Assembly: GCA_035691545.1 (NCBI GenBank)
Contig: DASSIT010000028.1
Coordinates: 19,348-83,347 of the forward strand
DNA from: Pseudolabrys sp.
GTDB lineage: Bacteria; Pseudomonadota; Alphaproteobacteria; Rhizobiales; Xanthobacteraceae
Direction of reading: 5' to 3'
Length of the DNA: 64,000 nt
Below, piece by piece: positions 58,393 through 64,000 of the stretch; the first letter of the stretch is position 1, and each line of letters opens with the position of its first letter. Under the pieces are notes generated by a model, which had not been told where the DNA came from, did no database searches, and saw only the letters and a list, made by a program, of their open reading frames with translations. A program made the translations under genes and the position numbers.

Positions 58393-60987
58393 ATGAATTT
58401 CGAGAAATACACCGACCGCGCTCGTGGGTTTATACAATCCGCTCAGTCGCTTGCCTTGCGCGAAGGCCATCAGCAATTTGCGCCTGAACACCTGCTCAAA
58501 GTGCTTCTCGACGATCCCGAAGGGTTGGCGGCAGGCCTAATTGATCGCTCTGGCGGCCAGTCGCGCCAGGCTCTGCAGGCCGTCGAGGCCTTACTCGCCA
58601 AGCGGCCAAAGGTTAGTGGCGGTGGGGCGGGGCAAATCTACCTCGATTCGGCGCTGGCGCGCGTCTTCGATGTTGCCGAAAAAGCGGGCGAAAAGGCCGG
58701 AGATAGTTTCGTCACGGCCGAGAGATTGTTGCTTGCGCTGGCTTTGGAAAAAGACAGTGAAGCCGGAAAGATCCTGGCGAAGGCCGGCGTGACGCCTCAG
58801 AACCTGAACGCAGCGATTAACGCGCTGCGCAAAGGCCGCACCGCCGACTCCGCGTCGGCCGAAAATGCATATGACGCTTTGAAAAAATATGCTCGCGATC
58901 TCACTCAGGCCGCGCGCGAAGGCAAGCTCGATCCGGTGATCGGCCGCGATGAAGAGATCCGCCGCACGGTTCAGGTCTTGTCACGCAGGACTAAGAACAA
59001 TCCGGTACTGATCGGCGAACCGGGGGTCGGCAAGACGGCGATCGTCGAAGGCCTCGCCCTGCGCATCGTCAATGGCGATGTCCCGGAAAGCCTTCATGAC
59101 AAGCAGCTGCTTGCGCTTGATCTCGGCGCGATGATCGCCGGCGCAAAGTATCGCGGCGAATTCGAAGAGAGGCTCAAAGCTGTCCTCCAGGAGGTGACGT
59201 CGTCCGATGGCGGTATCATCCTATTCATCGACGAAATGCACACGCTGGTTGGCGCGGGCAAGGCCGACGGCGCCATGGACGCCTCCAATCTTCTCAAGCC
59301 GGCCCTGGCCCGAGGCGAATTGCATTGCATCGGCGCGACGACGTTGGACGAATACAAGAAGCACGTCGAAAAGGACGCTGCGCTCGCGCGGCGTTTCCAG
59401 CCGGTCTACGTATCCGAACCGAGCGTCGAAGATACGATTTCCATCCTGCGCGGGCTCAAGGATAAGTATGAGCAGCATCACGGAGTGCGCATCTCCGATT
59501 CGGCGATCGTCAGTGCGGCAACACTCTCACACCGCTATATCACCGATCGTTTCCTTCCCGACAAGGCGATCGATCTAATCGACGAAGCCGCCGCGCGGCT
59601 GAAGATGCAGGTTGATTCCAAGCCAGAAGAACTCGACTCCATCGATCGCGAGATCGTACGGCTGAAGATCGAGCAGGAGGCCCTGAAAAAGGAATCCGAT
59701 CCGGGCTCGAAGGACCGCCTCAAGCGTCTCGAAACTGAATTGAAGTCGCTTGAAAAACAATCCGCCGACCTGACCAGCCGCTGGAAGGCGGAAAAGGAAA
59801 AACTTTCTGATGCACAAAGGCTCAAGACCGAGCTCGATCAGTTGCGCGCCGAACTGGCCAATGCGCAACGGCGCGGCGAGTTCCAGCGGGCCGGTGAATT
59901 GGCTTATGGGCGGATTCCCGAGCTTGAGAAAAAATTAAAGGCAATCGAAGCGGCTGAAGCCAAAGGCGCAATGGTGGAGGAGACGGTCACAGCCGATCAT
60001 GTTGCGCAGGTCGTCTCGCGGTGGACCGGTGTTCCCGTCGATAGGATGCTCGAAGGCGAAAAGGAAAAGCTCCTGCGCATGGAAGATGAACTCGCCAAGC
60101 GCGTCATCGGCCAACAGGATGCGGTGCATGCGGTGTCGACCGCCGTGCGGCGCGCGCGCGCGGGACTGCAAGATCCACATCGTCCGATCGGGTCGTTCAT
60201 GTTTTTAGGCCCAACCGGCGTTGGTAAAACCGAATTGACCAAAGCACTGGCCGAATACTTGTTCGATGACGAGAATGCCCTCGTCCGCATCGATATGTCG
60301 GAATATATGGAAAAACACGCGGTGGCCCGGCTGATCGGTGCTCCGCCCGGATATGTCGGTTACGAAGAAGGTGGGGCGCTGACCGAAGCGGTGAGGCGCA
60401 GACCCTATCAGGTTATCCTTTTCGACGAGATCGAGAAGGCGCATCCGGACGTATTCAATGTGTTGCTGCAAGTGCTCGACGATGGCCGATTGACGGACGG
60501 TCAGGGCCATACCGTCGACTTCCGCAATACACTGATCGTGATGACGTCAAATCTCGGCGCAGATTTTCTGGTCAACCAACCGGAGGGACAGGACACGGAT
60601 GCCGTCAAGGATCAGGTAATGACGGTTGTCCGCGCCGCATTCCGGCCTGAATTCCTCAATCGCGTCGACGAGATCATTCTGTTCCATCGTCTCAAAAAAT
60701 CGGAGATGGGACACATCGTCGACATCCAGATTACTCGGCTGCAGAAGCTTCTCGATGACCGCAAGATCACCGTCAAACTAGACGCGAGGGCGCGCGACTG
60801 GTTGGCCGACAGAGGTTGGGATCCCGCCTATGGGGCGAGGCCGTTGAAGCGCGTGATCCAAAAATCGGTGCAGGACCCGCTCGCCGAAATGATACTCGCA
60901 GGCACTATCAAGGATGGTGAGAAGGTCACGATTTCCGGTGATAAATTGGGGCTGACCTTTAACGGCAAACTCGCGCAAGCAGCGTAA
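58393..60987 (+). CDS. clpB: ATP-dependent chaperone ClpB
   Basis: Two AAA+ modules ([16 protein letters not shown]), middle coiled coil, GAPPGYVG; 864 aa. Confidence 0.98.
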   Translation: MNFEKYTDRARGFIQSAQSLALREGHQQFAPEHLLKVLLDDPEGLAAGLIDRSGGQSRQALQAVEALLAKRPKVSGGGAGQIYLDSALARVFDVAEKAGEKAGDSFVTAERLLLALALEKDSEAGKILAKAGVTPQNLNAAINALRKGRTADSASAENAYDALKKYARDLTQAAREGKLDPVIGRDEEIRRTVQVLSRRTKNNPVLIGEPGVGKTAIVEGLALRIVNGDVPESLHDKQLLALDLGAMIAGAKYRGEFEERLKAVLQEVTSSDGGIILFIDEMHTLVGAGKADGAMDASNLLKPALARGELHCIGATTLDEYKKHVEKDAALARRFQPVYVSEPSVEDTISILRGLKDKYEQHHGVRISDSAIVSAATLSHRYITDRFLPDKAIDLIDEAAARLKMQVDSKPEELDSIDREIVRLKIEQEALKKESDPGSKDRLKRLETELKSLEKQSADLTSRWKAEKEKLSDAQRLKTELDQLRAELANAQRRGEFQRAGELAYGRIPELEKKLKAIEAAEAKGAMVEETVTADHVAQVVSRWTGVPVDRMLEGEKEKLLRMEDELAKRVIGQQDAVHAVSTAVRRARAGLQDPHRPIGSFMFLGPTGVGKTELTKALAEYLFDDENALVRIDMSEYMEKHAVARLIGAPPGYVGYEEGGALTEAVRRRPYQVILFDEIEKAHPDVFNVLLQVLDDGRLTDGQGHTVDFRNTLIVMTSNLGADFLVNQPEGQDTDAVKDQVMTVVRAAFRPEFLNRVDEIILFHRLKKSEMGHIVDIQITRLQKLLDDRKITVKLDARARDWLADRGWDPAYGARPLKRVIQKSVQDPLAEMILAGTIKDGEKVTISGDKLGLTFNGKLAQAA

Positions 60988-61005
60988 GCCGAGTCAATTC
61001 AATGC

Positions 61006-61109
61006 GTCATCACGGGACGGACACGAAGGGCCGTGACCCGGGTATTCAGCTTGGATCGGCAATGCCTTGCCCAATGAAACGAGATGGCCGGGACAAGCCC
61101 GGCCATGAC
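61006..61109. repeat. Rhizobiales REP-like element (GTCATGGCCGGGCTTGTCCCGGCCATC family) between convergent genes
   Basis: GTCATCACGGG...GACCCGGGTAT ... GATGGCCGGGACAAGCCCGGCCATGAC. Confidence 0.8.
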
Positions 61110-61137
61110 AAACGGAAACGCCCATCGGAAATACGAG

Positions 61138-63126
61138 CTACCGCATCGTAGATTCGCTTGATGCGACACGCGCGGGTTTGCGCGCCATGATGCCGTCGAG
61201 CCGCTCGCGTTCTTTCTCGAAGCTCGCCAGCATTTGTCCTTCGAGGACCCGGCCGCGCGGCAGCTTGATGCGCATCGGGTCGACGAAGCGACCATTCACG
61301 AGAATTTCGTAGTGCAGGTGCGAACCGGTGGACAGGCCTGTAGAGCCAACGAAGCCGATCACCTGGCCTTGGCGTACGTGCGTTCCTTCCTCAATCCCGC
61401 GTGCAAAGGCTGTCATGTGGCCATATGCGGTCTCATACCCATTGGTGTGGCGCAGACGGACGTATTTGCCGTAGCCTGATTCCCACCCGGCTTTCTCGAC
61501 GACGCCGTTGCCGGATGCATAGATAGGCGTGCCACCGGGTGCCGCCCAATCTACGCCGGTATGCATCTTGGTGTATCCGAGGATCGGGTGACGGCGAAGG
61601 CCGAAGCCTGAGCGCATGATACCGGCGAGCACGGGCTTGCGTACAAGAAACTTCTTCGCACTTTTTCCCGTATCGTCATAATAGTCGACCAGCCCGTCGT
61701 CTGGTGACTGGAACCGGTAGAATTTTTTAGTCTCGCCGCCCACGGTGAGCGCGGCGAACAACACGTCGTTGCGGCTGTCGGCAACCGGCGTTTCTTCTTC
61801 GCCGGCGTAGAGCACTTCAAACGAATCGCCGGGCTGGACCTTGCGTTGAAAGTCCACGTCGTAGGAGTAGATTCTAATGAGGTCTTCGATGATGGGGCGT
61901 GGAATCCGATTACGGAGGGCTGTCTCATAAACGCTTTGGTAGAGCCGGACCCCGGAAGTATCGTTCTCGTCGTTGTTGTCCTCCGAATTGTCCGCCACTT
62001 CGGTATCGATATTTTTGACATCGACGGAAACATATTTGCCCGTATCGGCCAGAGCGGCGACGGCGTCGATTGATGAATCGTTCGCGACGATAACGCGGAT
62101 AGGCTGTAGCCGCTGAGTTCCCAGAACAGGCGCCATCAGTACGCGCAGTTTCTGGCCTTCCTTGATTCCGCCATCAGCGCCGCGTGGACCAAGGACACGA
62201 ACAATCGCCGCAATGTCCGCAGGCGCCGCGCCTAGATCGCGCAGAATGGTACCAACGCTGTCGCCCTTCTTGGCGACAATGAGCTTTTCATTGATCGCGT
62301 TGCCGCCGGTCGTCTGCGTCGTGGTCTTGGGCAGCAACGTGATATTCTCGGGAACGATGCGCGCTTGGAAACCGGCATACGGGTCGACGGTGCCGTCGCC
62401 GGCATAGGCGAGCTTGATGCCGGTGATGCTCGCTGAAATCGGCAAGTGATTTGCTGCTTTCTCACTCCATTCTGCCGCTTCGCGGACGCGTGCCATCACC
62501 TCATCGGGCGGCGTAAGCAGTCCGATCTTCAGCTTGGGCAAGATCGGCGCCATGTCGCGCATGACGAAGGCAACTTCGGCATCCGGCTCGGCTGCCGGTG
62601 CTTCATCGGATGTCGTCGTTCCCCCCGGCGCTGATTCTGCAAGCAGGCGCTGAGGATTGAAGGGAGGGATATTTGCGGAGAGGTCGGAGACAGTGAGCGA
62701 GAGGTTGCCGGCAATGCGCACGAATGGGCGTACGCGCACGACCTCATGATTCCCGACCCGGTTTATGGTGGAGACGCGGATAACCTGGCGGGCGAATGTG
62801 GGCTCCTCGGCGGTCGGGAGGCGGTCGCTCTTGTGTGTGCCTTTCTCGGCACCGACGCCAAGCGCGCCGCGCAACGCCACTTCGACCCTTTCGGGCAGGG
62901 ATGCAAAATTTGTTTCACCGTCGAGAGACGTGAAAACGGCGCCGCCCATGAGTGCGGCGCCACACAGTGCGGTCAAGATCGTGCCGGCAAACCATTGCAC
63001 CGAGACGCGCCGGCGATCGACATAAGCGCTCGATCCGCCGTCAACCGAGAGCGGCGGTTCATTGCCGAGCTCAATGGCATCGGCTTGCCTCGATCGATCT
63101 GCGCCGCGCGACCGTGTTTGGTCCAA
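61138..63126 (-). CDS. M23 family metallopeptidase (membrane-anchored)
   Basis: HTGVD (HxxxD), YGHM and HLHYE (HxH) motifs; N-terminal TM; TTG start. Confidence 0.93.
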   Translation of the reverse strand: MDQTRSRGADRSRQADAIELGNEPPLSVDGGSSAYVDRRRVSVQWFAGTILTALCGAALMGGAVFTSLDGETNFASLPERVEVALRGALGVGAEKGTHKSDRLPTAEEPTFARQVIRVSTINRVGNHEVVRVRPFVRIAGNLSLTVSDLSANIPPFNPQRLLAESAPGGTTTSDEAPAAEPDAEVAFVMRDMAPILPKLKIGLLTPPDEVMARVREAAEWSEKAANHLPISASITGIKLAYAGDGTVDPYAGFQARIVPENITLLPKTTTQTTGGNAINEKLIVAKKGDSVGTILRDLGAAPADIAAIVRVLGPRGADGGIKEGQKLRVLMAPVLGTQRLQPIRVIVANDSSIDAVAALADTGKYVSVDVKNIDTEVADNSEDNNDENDTSGVRLYQSVYETALRNRIPRPIIEDLIRIYSYDVDFQRKVQPGDSFEVLYAGEEETPVADSRNDVLFAALTVGGETKKFYRFQSPDDGLVDYYDDTGKSAKKFLVRKPVLAGIMRSGFGLRRHPILGYTKMHTGVDWAAPGGTPIYASGNGVVEKAGWESGYGKYVRLRHTNGYETAYGHMTAFARGIEEGTHVRQGQVIGFVGSTGLSTGSHLHYEILVNGRFVDPMRIKLPRGRVLEGQMLASFEKERERLDGIMARKPARVASSESTMR

Positions 63127-63464
63127 GCTCGCCGTCCCCTGCGCCTCGGATCGAAGACGGCTTGCCGCAAACCCTTAACCCCAATCGTCGTCGGCAGGCC
63201 GTAAGAATCAATGGCCGGCACGATGCCGGTTGGTCCATGGACCGTCAATGACGGCGTCTGAACCCGGTAACTGGCCTGATTGACGGCGAGCTGAAGGCCC
63301 CCCGTTTGCGATTCCGTCCCTCGAACGAACCCTAAGGACGGCGTACGAATATGGCCTCAGTGCGGCGCGAAATGAATTAAGACATTGTTTATTCGAGGAC
63401 CTCGACGGTCCTCGACACCCGCGCTGCAATGCGTCTTCGGGTCTCGGAAATGGGGCATTTTTGG

Positions 63465-63494
63465 TTGACAATGCGTCGGACCGAAGCATATATA
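63465..63494 (+). promoter_or_regulatory. rRNA operon sigma70 promoter
   Basis: TTGACA-N17/18-ATATAT/TATATA with a T-rich upstream tract; boxA-like GCTGTTTGAAAAGTGAAT near 63646. Confidence 0.75.
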
Positions 63495-63881
63495 CAGCTC
63501 ATCGGCGCGCTGTCCGCTAACGGCGCGATGGCGCGCCTGTGAAGCTCCTCACTGGAACAGTGAATCGGCATCCGATAGTTCTCGGATGCACGGGCTTCGG
63601 CGGCTCTTCGGCTTACCGAAGGGTGGGGGCTGCCATGGTCCCCGGGCTGTTTGAAAAGTGAATCGGAAGAAAGAGAAACGTGGACGGCGGAGTCCTTGCG
63701 GGCCGCTCTTGCGTGAAGAAGCAATTCTTCATTAAGGGGCGGCTTTGGAAGAGACATCGGCGGTTCACGTTTAAGGTACATCGCTGATCGATCACTCGAT
63801 CAGTGGGTGGACCTCGTCAATGTGACGGCGCTACCCGCGTCGTCACTGCGCAAACGTGACCAGCCGGAATCAATCTCATCC

Positions 63882-64000
63882 AACTTGAGAGTTTGATCCT
63901 GGCTCAGAGCGAACGCTGGCGGCAGGCCTAACACATGCAAGTCGAGCGGCCGTAGCAATACGGCAGCGGCAGACGGGAGAGTAACACGTGGGAACGCGCC
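63882..64000 (+). rRNA. rrs: 16S rRNA, 5' end (partial)
   Basis: AGAGTTTGATCCTGGCTCAG (27F site), GAACGCTGGCGGCAGGC, ACACATGCAAGTCGAG. Confidence 0.99.

Noticed and set aside
63208-63795. ORFs upstream of the 16S gene
   Set aside because: They overlap the rRNA promoter and leader and are spurious
1-64000. CRISPR array, cas, integrase, transposase, phage or defence genes
   Set aside because: No regularly spaced direct repeats and no recognisable motifs in the ORF track or intergenic gaps (by eye)

Overview
GC-rich chromosomal window from an alphaproteobacterium. Gene order and the 16S 5' end suggest Hyphomicrobiales, probably Pseudolabrys/Xanthobacteraceae-like (inference). 1-6.7 kb is core: hslO, apaG, opgC with two SGNH genes, SAM-II-controlled metZ, dcd and tRNA-Gly(CCC). 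About 6.7-27 kb is an accessory patchwork with no integrase or transposase that I could recognise. It holds a repeat-flanked Tat metallo-hydrolase, a UbiA/HAD/GT-C lipid-linked pentose module, aromatic/organic-acid catabolic genes with orphan Bug solute receptors, a secreted methyltransferase next to an 8-Cys peptide, an unannotated ~220-nt highly structured RNA candidate, a YeeE pair with an FNR/FixK box, and a sigma-EcfG small ORF. 27-64 kb is mostly conserved housekeeping: pfkB, SCO, pduO-etfBA-hbd, an ArsR-SRPBCC operon, tlpA, argH-lysA, ftsEX-ydcF-plsC, hisC-tyrC, metXW, clpB, an M23 peptidase and the start of an rRNA operon. The best novelty candidates are the structured RNA at ~19418-19636 and the polyprenyl-phospho-pentose glycosylation module at 8433-11872. 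All calls come from reading the sequence by eye; no database searches or folding programs were run.
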